A stretch of DNA of 32,000 nucleotides from Streptomyces sp. NPDC014733 (GCF_043083385.1 NZ_JBIBYO010000025.1:3502-35501); one strand, 5' to 3'; counted from the first letter of the stretch, positions 8,883 through 17,408 are shown. Numbers and translations are program-made. The notes: a model not told the origin generated them from the letters alone.

Positions 8883-8923
8883 GGCCCCGGGGCCGTACGC
8901 ACACGGCGCACGGCCCCGGGGCC
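8883..8923 (-). terminator. Perfect 14-bp inverted repeat (GGCCCCGGGGCCGT / ACGGCCCCGGGGCC, 13-nt loop); candidate terminator downstream of the 9125-9883 gene
   Basis: Arms at 8883-8896 and 8910-8923 are exact reverse complements. Each arm also contains the self-palindrome GGCCCCGGGGCC. It lies about 200 nt downstream of the stop at 9125 and upstream of the transglycosylase start at 8569. There is no U-tract, which is usual in high-GC actinobacteria. Confidence 0.4.
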
Positions 8924-9124
8924 GCAGCGGTTCCGCCGCGCAGCGGACTCATGACCCGTCGGCCGCGGAGTCGTGCACGCGCCGCGGTCGGCGGAGTGCG
9001 CGTCCGTCGTGCCGTGTCCGCCGGTCCGCGAGGAGCTTCTCCGTCGCCTTCCGAGCGGGCGGTCACGCACCTGCGGGACCGTCACCTTCCTCGGAGTGGA
9101 AATACGTGACCCCCGACCGGCTCG

Positions 9125-9883
9125 TCACGGGACCGGTACCGATATCGGGGAGGAATGCTTGCTGTCATGGATCATTCGCTCGTAGGTGCTTTGGTACCCG
9201 TCGTTCTTGAGCGCGAAATCCAGCAGGGCGGTGGACCAGTCGTCGAACAGGGAGAAAGTGCGGTCCACGATGAGCCTCGCCCGCTCACGCTGTGCGGCAT
9301 CGAGCAGCGGAAGGTCGGAATTCTCGACCTCCGGAGATTTGATGCTGTGCGACGCCTCCGCAAGGTAATGCGGAGTGCCGAAGAAATCACATTCCTCGCC
9401 GCTCCGCAGCGTAATTCCCTGGCAGTGCTCGAAGATCGTCACAGAAACGGCTTCGATGGATTCGACCATCGCGAAAACGGCGTACGTCGGCGCGTCGGCG
9501 GCCATCTCGGCCAGCCCGAGGCAGAGGCGCCGGGAGTGCTGGAAGTCCGCTCCCCACAGCACCCGCGACGCGTCGGACAGCGACATGCGGCCGTCCGCCC
9601 CGAGCTTGGCGAGGTCCGTGAGCATCCACTGCCAGTGGAAGTCCTCCTCGTAGGTATGGGCGTTGAGCAGTTCCTGCAGAGGGTCGAGCGCACCCGCCTC
9701 GTGGTCCTTGCGGAAGACGTACTTGTTCAGGTCGGAATAGCCCATGATGAACGGCACGACGCTCGGAGCCCAGGCGAGACGTTTGTCCCCGGACAGTGTT
9801 TTGTCGGCCAGCAGCCGGACGAAAAAGTCGTGATCCTCGTACCGCTTGCGCTGCTCTTCGATGTATCGGATGACTTCCTGCAT
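9125..9883 (-). CDS. Heme-oxygenase-like diiron (HDO / 'iron-containing redox enzyme') family protein candidate, 252 aa
   Basis: ATG at 9883 (MQEVIRYIEEQRKRYEDHDFFVRLL...) coincides with an abrupt drop in GC, and GGGGA lies 7 nt upstream. Putative metal ligands: E80-x2-H83 (HTYEEDFHWQW), E141/E144 (MVESIEAVS) and H172-x3-E176-x2-H179 (PHYLAEASH). This is the ExxH / E / HxxxD(E)xxH layout of UndA, CADD and SznF-type enzymes. The 105-codon N-terminal extension in track ORF 9125..10198 is Arg/Pro-rich, high-GC and probably noncoding. Confidence 0.6.
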   Translation of the reverse strand: MQEVIRYIEEQRKRYEDHDFFVRLLADKTLSGDKRLAWAPSVVPFIMGYSDLNKYVFRKDHEAGALDPLQELLNAHTYEEDFHWQWMLTDLAKLGADGRMSLSDASRVLWGADFQHSRRLCLGLAEMAADAPTYAVFAMVESIEAVSVTIFEHCQGITLRSGEECDFFGTPHYLAEASHSIKSPEVENSDLPLLDAAQRERARLIVDRTFSLFDDWSTALLDFALKNDGYQSTYERMIHDSKHSSPISVPVP

Positions 9884-9906
9884 GTTCGTCCCCGGAGTCC
9901 GCAAGA

Positions 9907-9943
9907 GTGCCGGCGGGCCGGATGAATCCTCACCCGCCGGCAC
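9907..9943 (-). other. Perfect 11-bp stem-loop (GTGCCGGCGGG / CCCGCCGGCAC, 15-nt loop) in the putative 5' leader of the 9125-9883 gene
   Basis: Arms at 9907-9917 and 9933-9943 are exact reverse complements, 24-60 nt upstream of the ATG at 9883. Function unknown; it could be a leader structure or a second terminator after polA. Confidence 0.3.
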
Positions 9944-10293
9944 GGCGCGTAGGTATCGCACCTGCAGAACAGGACGGGTGTCACGGGCGGGGGGTTCCAG
10001 AAATTCTCCGGCCGTTGCCGGATTGCCGCGGAAATCCACGGTCCTGTACACCGGGGTGCCCCGCTGGAGTGGCCGCCGGGCCGGGGCGGCGGTGAACTGC
10101 CCCCGGCGGCAGGGCAGATGCCCGAGCGGACGGGGCCGTCCGCCTGAAGTGCTGGTGCGGGGGCCGGAGTTGTGCGATCCGGTGAGGCGCGGCGCCACCC
10201 GGCCGGAGCCCCCGCCCTGCGCACCGGCCGCATCCGCCGCTGCTGAGGGAGGCGGCGCCGGGGGACGACGCCGCCCCGGAGGGGCATACGGGT

Positions 10294-10328
10294 CCGCCGG
10301 CCGCGGGAACGGTGCCCGCGGCCGGCGG
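10294..10328 (-). terminator. polA intrinsic-terminator-like hairpin (14-bp perfect stem, 7-nt loop)
   Basis: CCGCCGGCCGCGGG aacggtg CCCGCGGCCGGCGG. It begins 4 nt downstream of the polA stop (revcomp of 10333-10335). Confidence 0.6.
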
Positions 10329-10332
10329 TCCG

Positions 10333-13071
10333 TCAGTGTGCGGCCGACTCCCAGTCCGTGCCCACACCGATGGAGACGTCCAGCGGGGCACGGAGATCGA
10401 CCGCGTCGGCCATCTCGCGGCGGAGCACCTCCTCGACCTGCTTGCGCTCGCCGGGGGCCACCTCGACCACGATTTCGTCGTGCACCTGGAGCAGCATCCG
10501 GGACGTCAGCCCCGCCGCCCGCAGCGCCTCGTCGACCTTCAGCATCGCGATCTTGACGATGTCGGCGGCGGTGCCCTGGATCGGGGCGTTGAGCGCCATC
10601 CGCTCGGCCATCTCGCGGCGCTGGCGGTTGTCGCTGTTGAGGTCGGGGAGGTAGCGGCGGCGGCCGAGGATCGTCTCGGTGTAGCCCGTGGCGCGGGCCT
10701 CCTCCACCACGCGCTGGAGGTAGTCCCGCACGCCGCCGAACCGCTCGAAGAAGTTGTCCATCAGCTTGCGGGCCTCGTCCGGCTGGATGCCCAGCTGCTG
10801 CGAGAGGCCGAACGCCGACAGGCCGTACGCCAGACCGTAGGACATCGCCTTGATCTTGCGGCGCATCTCCGGGTCGACCTCGTCCTTGGCGACGGAGAAG
10901 ACGTGCGAGGCGACGGTGGTGTGCAGGTCCTCGCCGGAGGTGAACGCCTCGATCAGGCCCTCGTCCTCGGAGAGGTGTGCCATCACCCGCAGCTCGATCT
11001 GGCTGTAGTCGGCGGTCAGCAGGGTGTCGTACCCCTCGCCGACGACGAAGCTGCGGCGGATGGCGCGGCCCTCGTCGGTGCGGACCGGGATGTTCTGGAG
11101 GTTGGGGTCGGTCGAGGAGAGCCGGCCGGTGGCCGCGACGGTCTGGTTGAAGGTGGTGTGGATGCGGCCGTCCGCAGCGATGGTCTTGATCAGGCCCTCG
11201 ACCGTGGCGCGCAGCTTGGACTGCTCGCGGTGGCGCAGCATGATCACCGGAAGTTCGTTCTCGGTCTGGGCGGCGAGCCAGGCGAGGGCGTCGGCGTCGG
11301 TGGTGTAGCCGGTCTTGGTCTTCTTCGTCTTGGGCAGGCCCAGCTCGCCGAAGAGGACTTCCTGGAGCTGCTTGGGCGAGCCGAGATTGAACTCGTGCCC
11401 CGCCGCGGCGTGCGCCTCCTGGACGGCCTGCTGCACCGCCCCGGCGAACTGCTGCTCCAGCCGCTCCAGCCAGCCGCGGTCGGCGGCGATGCCGTCGCGC
11501 TCCATACGGGCCAGCAGGGCGCTGGTGGGCAGCTCGACGTCGCGCAGCAGCTCGGCGGCGCCGACCTCCGTGAGGCGGGTCTCGAAGGCGGCGCCGAGAT
11601 CCAGCACCGTCCGGGCCTTGGCCATCAGCGCGTCGGCCTCGGCCTCCTCGTCGGCGCCGAAGGCCAGCTGGCCGCCCGCCTCGGCGGCCGGGGCGAGATC
11701 GCGGCCGAGGTATTCGATCGAGAGGGCGTCGAGGGCGAAGGAGCGGCGGCCGGGCTTGACGAGGTAGGCGGCGAGCGCGGTGTCCATCGTCACCCCGTCG
11801 ATCTGCCAGCCGTGCTCGCCGAAGACCCGCATCAGGCCCTTGGCGTTGTGCATGACCTTGGGGCGGTCGGCGGCGGCGCTCCAGGCGGCGAAGGCCTGCT
11901 CGTCGGCCTCGTCGAGCTGCGCCGGGTCGAACCAGATCGCCGGTCCGCCGGCGGTGGCCAGCGCGATCTCGGCGACGCTGCCGCTGCCCAGGGACCAGAC
12001 GTCGACGGTGGAGACGCCCAGCGGGGCGGTGCCGTGCTCGGCGAGCCAGGGAGCCAGCTCACCGGCGGCGGCGACGGTGCCGTCGACCTCGACGCCGGGG
12101 GCCGCGGCGGCCTCATCGGCGCCCTGGTCGGCGCCGGGGTCGACGGCGTGCAGCCGGTCGCGCAGGCCCTGGTTACGGATCTCCAGGCCGTTGAGGAACG
12201 TGGTGAGCTTCTCGCGGTCATACGCCTCGCGGACCAGCGCGGCGGGGCCGCAGGGCAGCTCCACGTCGCGGATCATCTCCGTCAGCCGGCGGTTGAGCTT
12301 GACGGACTCCAGGTGGTCGCGGAAATTCTGGCCCGCCTTGCCCTTGACCTCCTCGGCCCGCTCCACCAGCTCGGCGAAGGAACCGAACTGGTTGATCCAC
12401 TTCGCGGCGGTCTTCTCGCCGACGCCGGGGATGCCGGGGAGGTTGTCCGACGGGTCGCCGCGCAGCGCCGCGAAGTCCGGGTACTGGGCCGGGGTGAGGC
12501 CGTACTTCTCGAACACCTTCTCCGGGGTGAAGCGGGTCAGCTCGGAGACGCCCTTGGTGGGGTAGAGGACCGTGACGTCGTCGGAGACGAGCTGGAAGGA
12601 GTCGCGGTCGCCGGTGACGATGGAGACGGCGAAGCCCTCGGCGGTGGCCTGCTGGGTGAGCGTGGCGATGACGTCGTCGGCCTCGAACCCCTCGACGGCG
12701 AAGCGCTTGACGTGCATCGCGTCCAGCAGCTCGCCGATCAGCTCGACCTGGCCCTTGAACTCGTCGGGCGTCTTGGAGCGGTTCGCCTTGTAGTCGGGGA
12801 ACTCCTCGGAGCGCCAGGTCTTGCGGGAGACGTCGAAGGCCACCGCGAAATGGGTGGGCGCCTCGTCACGCAGGGTGTTCGCGAGCATGGACGCGAAGCC
12901 GTAGATCGCGTTGGTCGGTTGCCCCGTGGCGGTGGTGAAATTCTCCACGGGCAGGGCGAAGAACGCCCGGTAGGCCATGGAGTGCCCGTCCATCAGGAGC
13001 AGGCGGGGACGGTCGTCCCCCGCCGCTGCGGTGCCGGTCGATTCGCTCTTCTTCGCTGCCTTTGCTGCCAC
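10333..13071 (-). CDS. polA: DNA polymerase I (5'-3' exonuclease + Klenow-like polymerase), 912 aa
   Basis: N-terminus VAAKAAKKSESTGTAAAGDDRPRLLLMDGHSMAYRAFFALP (5' nuclease). Polymerase motifs DYSQIELRVMAHLS (motif A), RRKIKAMSYGLAYG (motif B) and LLQVHDEIVVE (motif C). GTG start at 13071 chosen because the upstream 100 codons of track ORF 10333..13371 are Arg/Pro-rich. Confidence 0.95.
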   Translation of the reverse strand: MAAKAAKKSESTGTAAAGDDRPRLLLMDGHSMAYRAFFALPVENFTTATGQPTNAIYGFASMLANTLRDEAPTHFAVAFDVSRKTWRSEEFPDYKANRSKTPDEFKGQVELIGELLDAMHVKRFAVEGFEADDVIATLTQQATAEGFAVSIVTGDRDSFQLVSDDVTVLYPTKGVSELTRFTPEKVFEKYGLTPAQYPDFAALRGDPSDNLPGIPGVGEKTAAKWINQFGSFAELVERAEEVKGKAGQNFRDHLESVKLNRRLTEMIRDVELPCGPAALVREAYDREKLTTFLNGLEIRNQGLRDRLHAVDPGADQGADEAAAAPGVEVDGTVAAAGELAPWLAEHGTAPLGVSTVDVWSLGSGSVAEIALATAGGPAIWFDPAQLDEADEQAFAAWSAAADRPKVMHNAKGLMRVFGEHGWQIDGVTMDTALAAYLVKPGRRSFALDALSIEYLGRDLAPAAEAGGQLAFGADEEAEADALMAKARTVLDLGAAFETRLTEVGAAELLRDVELPTSALLARMERDGIAADRGWLERLEQQFAGAVQQAVQEAHAAAGHEFNLGSPKQLQEVLFGELGLPKTKKTKTGYTTDADALAWLAAQTENELPVIMLRHREQSKLRATVEGLIKTIAADGRIHTTFNQTVAATGRLSSTDPNLQNIPVRTDEGRAIRRSFVVGEGYDTLLTADYSQIELRVMAHLSEDEGLIEAFTSGEDLHTTVASHVFSVAKDEVDPEMRRKIKAMSYGLAYGLSAFGLSQQLGIQPDEARKLMDNFFERFGGVRDYLQRVVEEARATGYTETILGRRRYLPDLNSDNRQRREMAERMALNAPIQGTAADIVKIAMLKVDEALRAAGLTSRMLLQVHDEIVVEVAPGERKQVEEVLRREMADAVDLRAPLDVSIGVGTDWESAAH

Positions 13072-13349
13072 GCCCCCGATCCTGCCACGCCCCACCGACA
13101 ATCCCCGCCGCGGCGGGAAGCGGCGGGCCTGGCCGGGGCGGCCGCGGCGCCGGTGGGTGGCCGCTGGCGACCGTCCGTACGCAGGTGACGGCCGCGGCGC
13201 GGAGTTTTCCACAGGGCCCGGTCCCGGCCCCGCGGCGCCGTCCACAGGCCCCTGCCCACCCGCCGCGGTCCATGACAGGATCGGATGTGCACGGCAACGA
13301 TCCGGCCCGGCCCGTGCGCCGGGTGGCACACGGCTCAAGGGAGAGCGCC

Positions 13350-15656
13350 ATGGCAGGCAAGCCGCCCGCATCCGATCCGGTACAGGACGCGCCCGAGGTC
13401 GGCGCGCCGGAGCACTCCGCCGTCGGTATCCCGGCGATCACCAACGCACTGCGCATCTCGCAGCAGCAGATGGGTGTGCGCCGGACGGCGCTGACGCTGC
13501 TGCGTGTCAATCAGAAGAGCGGCTTCGACTGCCCCGGCTGCGCCTGGCCCGAGGGCGAGGAGCGGCACACCGCGGAGTTCTGCGAGAACGGCGCCAAGGC
13601 CGTCGCGGAGGAGGCGACGCTGCGCCGCGTCACCCCGGAGTTCTTCGCCGCGCACCCCGTCGCGGAGCTCGCCGAACGCAGCGGCTACTGGCTCGGCCAG
13701 CAGGGCCGGCTGACCCACCCCATGTACCTCGCCGAGGGCGCCGAGCACTACGAGCCGGTCTCGTGGGAGCGCGCCTTCGACATCCTCGGCGAGGAGCTGA
13801 CCGCCCTCGCCTCGCCCGACGAGGCGGTCTTCTACACCTCCGGCCGCACCAGCAACGAAGCAGCCTTCCTCTTCCAGCTGTTCGCCCGCGAGTTCGGCAC
13901 GAACAACCTCCCCGACTGCTCCAACATGTGCCACGAGTCGTCCGGCTCGGCACTGACCGAGACGCTGGGCGTCGGCAAGGGCAGCGTGCTGCTGGAGGAC
14001 CTCTACAAGGCCGACCTGATCATCGTCGCCGGGCAGAATCCGGGGACCAACCACCCCCGGATGCTGACCGCGCTGGAGAAGGCGAAGGCCCGGGGCGCGC
14101 GGATCATCTCCGTCAACCCGCTGCCCGAGGCCGGTCTGGAGCGGTTCAAGAACCCGCAGACGCCGCGCGGTCTGGCCGGTGGCGGCACCGCGCTGACCGA
14201 TCTCTTCCTCCAGGTGCGCATCGGCGGCGACCAGGCGCTCTTCCGCGCCCTGTGCCGCGGCGTCCTGGAGCGCGAGGGCGCGCTCGACCAGGAATTCATC
14301 GACGCGCACACCCACGGCTTCGAGGAATTCGCGGCCGCCGCGCGCGCGGCCGACCCGGAGGAGACGCTGCGCGCCACCGGACTGCGCCAGGAGGAGATCG
14401 ACGCGGCGCTGGAGATGGTGCTCGCCTCGCGGCGCACCATCGTGTGCTGGGCGATGGGCCTGACGCAGCACAAGCACTCGGTGCCCACCATCCGGGAGGT
14501 CGTCAACTTCCTGCTGCTGCAGGGCAACATCGGCCGCCCCGGCGCCGGCGTGTGCCCGGTGCGCGGGCACAGCAACGTCCAGGGCGACCGCACCATGGGC
14601 ATCTTCGAGCGGCCCGCGCCCGCGTTCCTCGACGCCCTGGAGAAGGAGTTCGGGTTCGCCCCGCCCCGGGAGCACGGCTACGACGTCGTCCGGGCCATCC
14701 GGGCGCTGCGTGACGGCGACGCCAAGGTGTTCTTCGCGATGGGCGGCAACTTCGTCTCCGCCACCCCCGACACCGACGTCACCGAGGCGGCGGTGCGCCG
14801 CGCCCGGCTGACGGTGCACGTCTCCACCAAGCTCAACCGCTCGCACGCGGTCACCGGCGCGCGGGCGCTGATCCTGCCGACGCTGGGCCGTACGGAGCGC
14901 GATGTGCAGGGCGGCGCGGAGCAGTTCGTGACGGTCGAGGACTCCATGGGGATGGTGCACGCCTCCCGCGGGCGGCTGGCGCCGGCCGGTCCGCAGCTGC
15001 TGTCGGAGACCGCGATCGTGGCCCGGATGGCCCGCCGTGTCCTGGGCGGGCGGAGCCGTACGCCGTGGGAGGAGTTCGCCCGCGACTACGGGACGATCCG
15101 GGACCGCATCGCCCGGGTCGTCCCCGGCTTCGAGGACTTCAACGCCAAGGTCGCCCGCCCCGGCGGCTTCACGCTGCCGCACGCCCCCCGGGACAGCCGC
15201 AGCTTCCCCACCGCCACCGGGAAGGCCAACTTCACGGCCGCGCCCGTGGAGTATCCGCACGTCCCCGAGGGCCGGTTGCTGCTCCAGACGCTGCGCTCGC
15301 ACGACCAGTACAACACCACGATCTACGGCCTCGACGACCGCTACCGAGGCATCAAGAACGGCCGCCGGGTCGTGCTGCTCCACCCCGAGGACGCCCGGGA
15401 GCACGGCTTCGCCGACGGCTCGTACGCCGATCTGGTCAGTGAGTGGACGGACGGCACCGAGCGGCGCGCGCCCGGGTTCCGCGTAGTGCACTACCCGACC
15501 GCGCGGGGCTGCGCGGCCGCGTACTACCCCGAGACCAATGTCCTCGTCCCGCTCGATCACACCGCCGACACCAGCAACACCCCGGCGTCGAAGTCCGTGG
15601 TGATCCGGCTGGAGCGGCCCCAGGACGACGGGGCCGACGGGGCTGCCGCGGGGTGA
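13350..15656 (+). CDS. FdhF/YdeP-family molybdopterin oxidoreductase, 768 aa
   Basis: ATG 13350 is preceded by AAGGGAGAG. N-terminal Cys cluster GFDCPGCAWPEG...AEFCENGAK. MopB-type segments NNLPDCSNMCHESSG, IIVAGQNPGTNHPR, VCWAMGLTQHKHSV and GHSNVQGDRTMG. The C-terminal molybdopterin-binding beta-barrel includes RSHDQYNTTIYG. Confidence 0.85.
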   Translation: MAGKPPASDPVQDAPEVGAPEHSAVGIPAITNALRISQQQMGVRRTALTLLRVNQKSGFDCPGCAWPEGEERHTAEFCENGAKAVAEEATLRRVTPEFFAAHPVAELAERSGYWLGQQGRLTHPMYLAEGAEHYEPVSWERAFDILGEELTALASPDEAVFYTSGRTSNEAAFLFQLFAREFGTNNLPDCSNMCHESSGSALTETLGVGKGSVLLEDLYKADLIIVAGQNPGTNHPRMLTALEKAKARGARIISVNPLPEAGLERFKNPQTPRGLAGGGTALTDLFLQVRIGGDQALFRALCRGVLEREGALDQEFIDAHTHGFEEFAAAARAADPEETLRATGLRQEEIDAALEMVLASRRTIVCWAMGLTQHKHSVPTIREVVNFLLLQGNIGRPGAGVCPVRGHSNVQGDRTMGIFERPAPAFLDALEKEFGFAPPREHGYDVVRAIRALRDGDAKVFFAMGGNFVSATPDTDVTEAAVRRARLTVHVSTKLNRSHAVTGARALILPTLGRTERDVQGGAEQFVTVEDSMGMVHASRGRLAPAGPQLLSETAIVARMARRVLGGRSRTPWEEFARDYGTIRDRIARVVPGFEDFNAKVARPGGFTLPHAPRDSRSFPTATGKANFTAAPVEYPHVPEGRLLLQTLRSHDQYNTTIYGLDDRYRGIKNGRRVVLLHPEDAREHGFADGSYADLVSEWTDGTERRAPGFRVVHYPTARGCAAAYYPETNVLVPLDHTADTSNTPASKSVVIRLERPQDDGADGAAAG

Positions 15657-15738
15657 CCCCGGGCCCGGCGGCGCCGGGGCGGGCTGATAGGAACATCCGG
15701 ATCATCGACGAGCACGGGCGAGCGAACGGAGCGAGCAC

Positions 15739-16212
15739 TTGGGCGCGCAGCAGACCACCACGTTTCCGCAGGAGGTCCTCGACCGGTGGGCCGGGCTCGG
15801 CCTCGACCTCCCGGCGCTCTTCTCGGCCGGGAACCTCGGCAGCCGGATGGGCGTGCAGGTCCTGGCGGCAGGGCCGGACCGCGTCGTCGGCACCATGCCG
15901 GTCGAGGGCAACACCCAGCCGTACGGGCTGCTGCACGGCGGTGCGTCCGCGGTGCTGGCGGAGACGCTGGGGTCGGTCGGTGCGATGCTGCACGGCGGCC
16001 CGTCCAAGTTGGCCGTCGGCGTGGACCTGAACTGCACCCACCACCGCGGTGTCCGCTCGGGCCTGGTCACCGGCGTCGCCACCCCGGTGCACCGGGGCCG
16101 CTCCACCGCGACGTACGAGGTCGTGATCAGCGACGAGGCGGACAAGCGGGTCTGCACCGCGCGCCTGACCTGCATGCTCCGGGACGCCCCCGCGGATGCC
16201 TACCGCGGCTGA
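15739..16212 (+). CDS. PaaI-family hotdog-fold thioesterase, 157 aa
   Basis: GTMPVEGNTQPYGLLHGGASAVLAETLGS and HHRGVRSGLVTGVATPVHRGRSTATYEVVI are typical of the PaaI/YbdB family. The start is TTG at 15739 as in the track; the exact start is uncertain. Confidence 0.8.
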   Translation: MGAQQTTTFPQEVLDRWAGLGLDLPALFSAGNLGSRMGVQVLAAGPDRVVGTMPVEGNTQPYGLLHGGASAVLAETLGSVGAMLHGGPSKLAVGVDLNCTHHRGVRSGLVTGVATPVHRGRSTATYEVVISDEADKRVCTARLTCMLRDAPADAYRG

Positions 16213-16290
16213 GCCGACGGTCGTGCGGTGCGGGCGGCGGCGCCGATCCGCCGTCCGCACGGCACGGCGCCGCCCACCGGATGTACGTGC

Positions 16291-16319
16291 GGCCCCGTAC
16301 CGGCACGCGGTACGGGGCC
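16291..16319. terminator. Bidirectional terminator hairpin between convergent genes (12-bp perfect stem, 5-nt loop)
   Basis: GGCCCCGTACCG gcacg CGGTACGGGGCC. It lies between the thioesterase stop (16212) and the response-regulator stop (16339). Confidence 0.6.
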
Positions 16320-16338
16320 ACCCGGGCGGACCGGCGGG

Positions 16339-17007
16339 CTACTGACCCGGCTGGTCCTTCTGTTCCTTCTGCTTCTTCTCCTCGGCGTCCTCGATGACCG
16401 CCTCGGCGACCTGCTGCATCGAGAGCCTGCGGTCCATCGACGTCTTCTGGATCCAGCGGAACGCGGCCGGTTCGGTCAGCCCGTACTGCGTCTGCAGGAT
16501 GCTCTTCGCGCGGTCGACCAGCTTGCGGGTCTCCAGCCGCTGGGTGAGGTCGGCGACCTCCTTCTCCAGCGTCTTCAGCTCGGTGAAGCGGCTGACGGCC
16601 ATCTCGATGGCCGGGACGACGTCGCTCTTGGAGAACGGCTTGACGAGGTACGCCATCGCGCCCGCGTCCCGCGCCCGCTCCACCAGCTCGCGCTGGGAGA
16701 AGGCGGTCAGCATCAGGACGGGGGCGATGCTCTCCTCGGCGATGCGCTCGGCGGCGGAGATGCCGTCCAGGACCGGCATCTTCACATCGAGGATGACCAG
16801 ATCGGGGCGGTGCTCGCGGGCCAGCTCGACGGCTTTCTGCCCGTCACCGGCCTCACCGACAACGGTGTAGCCCTCCTCCTCCAGCATCTCTTTGAGGTCG
16901 AGACGGATGAGGGCCTCGTCCTCGGCGATCACGACGCGCGTGGTCAGCGGGGGGACGTGCGACCGGTCGTCATCGGCGGCGGGCTGCTCGGGCTCGGCGG
17001 CGCTCAC
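16339..17007 (-). CDS. pdtaR: ANTAR-domain response regulator (PdtaR-like RNA-binding antiterminator), 222 aa
   Basis: Receiver domain RVVIAEDEALIRLDLKEMLEE...DLVILDVKMPVLDG...MLTAF...AMAYLVKPF. ANTAR domain LETRKLVDRAKSILQTQYGLTEPAAFRWIQKTSMDRRLSMQQVAEAVI. GTG start 17007 is preceded by GAGGAG. Confidence 0.85.
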   Translation of the reverse strand: MSAAEPEQPAADDDRSHVPPLTTRVVIAEDEALIRLDLKEMLEEEGYTVVGEAGDGQKAVELAREHRPDLVILDVKMPVLDGISAAERIAEESIAPVLMLTAFSQRELVERARDAGAMAYLVKPFSKSDVVPAIEMAVSRFTELKTLEKEVADLTQRLETRKLVDRAKSILQTQYGLTEPAAFRWIQKTSMDRRLSMQQVAEAVIEDAEEKKQKEQKDQPGQ

Positions 17008-17102
17008 GGGTCTCCTCGTTCAGGCAGGTGGTGCCCCTTTAGCCTACCCAGCTCCTGTATGGTGGGAGCACGACGGGGGCTTCTCAGCCTTCGATTCCCA
17101 AG

Positions 17103-17177
17103 GCCCTGGTACCCCAACCGGTTAGAGGGACGGTGCTCAAACCACCGACAGTGTGGGTTCGAATCCCACCCAGGGCA
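17103..17177 (+). tRNA. tRNA with anticodon CAA (Leu, codon UUG) by manual cloverleaf; 75 nt with only a 5-nt variable loop (atypical for bacterial tRNA-Leu)
   Basis: Acceptor GCCCTGG/CCAGGGC is a perfect 7 bp. The D-arm is CCC-CAACCGGTTAGA-GGG. The anticodon stem is CGGTG/CACCG with loop CTCAAAC. The variable region is ACAGT and the T-arm is GTGGG-TTCGAAT-CCCAC. The discriminator is A, and CCA is not encoded (next nt are CTT). Confidence 0.8.
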
Positions 17178-17332
17178 CTTCGCCTCACTTTCGAAGGCCA
17201 GACCTCGCTCCGCCGATCGGTGATCTTCACCCGTCATGGTGATCGCGCCCCGTCGCCCCTCTCAAGGCACCGGCGCTCCCCGCTCCGTATGACCTCCGTG
17301 TACGCGCCCCGTTGCCGGTGACGGCACGCAGA

Positions 17333-17374
17333 GGGCCGAAGCGCTGACAGGAACGGCAGTCAGAACCTCGGCCC
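17333..17374. other. Extended imperfect hairpin in the tRNA-pyk intergenic region
   Basis: GGGCCGAAGcgCTGACaggaacggcaGTCAGaaCCTCGGCCC. The outer 9-bp stem has one mismatch and the inner stem is 5 bp. It could terminate the tRNA transcript or pyk read-through. Confidence 0.3.
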
Positions 17375-17408
17375 GACATCAACGCCCGTGCACGGGCGGC
17401 TGTTTCCT

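Noticed and set aside
8648-9109. ORFs 8648..9085 (-), 8680..9066 (-) and 8762..9109 (+) in the gap between the transglycosylase and the low-GC gene
   Set aside because: All are Arg/Pro/Gly-rich with no SD or motif support, so the region is treated as noncoding.
9884-10198. 105-codon N-terminal extension of the 357-aa ORF 9125..10198
   Set aside because: There is a sharp compositional break at 9883: high-GC, Arg/Pro-rich upstream and protein-like downstream. An SD-like GGGGA precedes the internal ATG, so the shorter start is preferred.
10312-13188. 958-aa + strand ORF antisense to polA, and the polA N-terminal extension 13072..13371
   Set aside because: The antisense ORF has a Leu/Gly/Asp/Val-rich shadow composition. 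The extension is Arg/Pro/Gly-rich, and the 5'-nuclease homology only starts after GTG 13071.
13062-13349. 96-codon N-terminal extension of ORF 13062..15656, and the antisense ORF 13335..15560
   Set aside because: The extension overlaps the polA start region and is Pro/Arg-rich, while ATG 13350 has a strong AAGGGAGAG SD. The antisense ORF is shadow-type.
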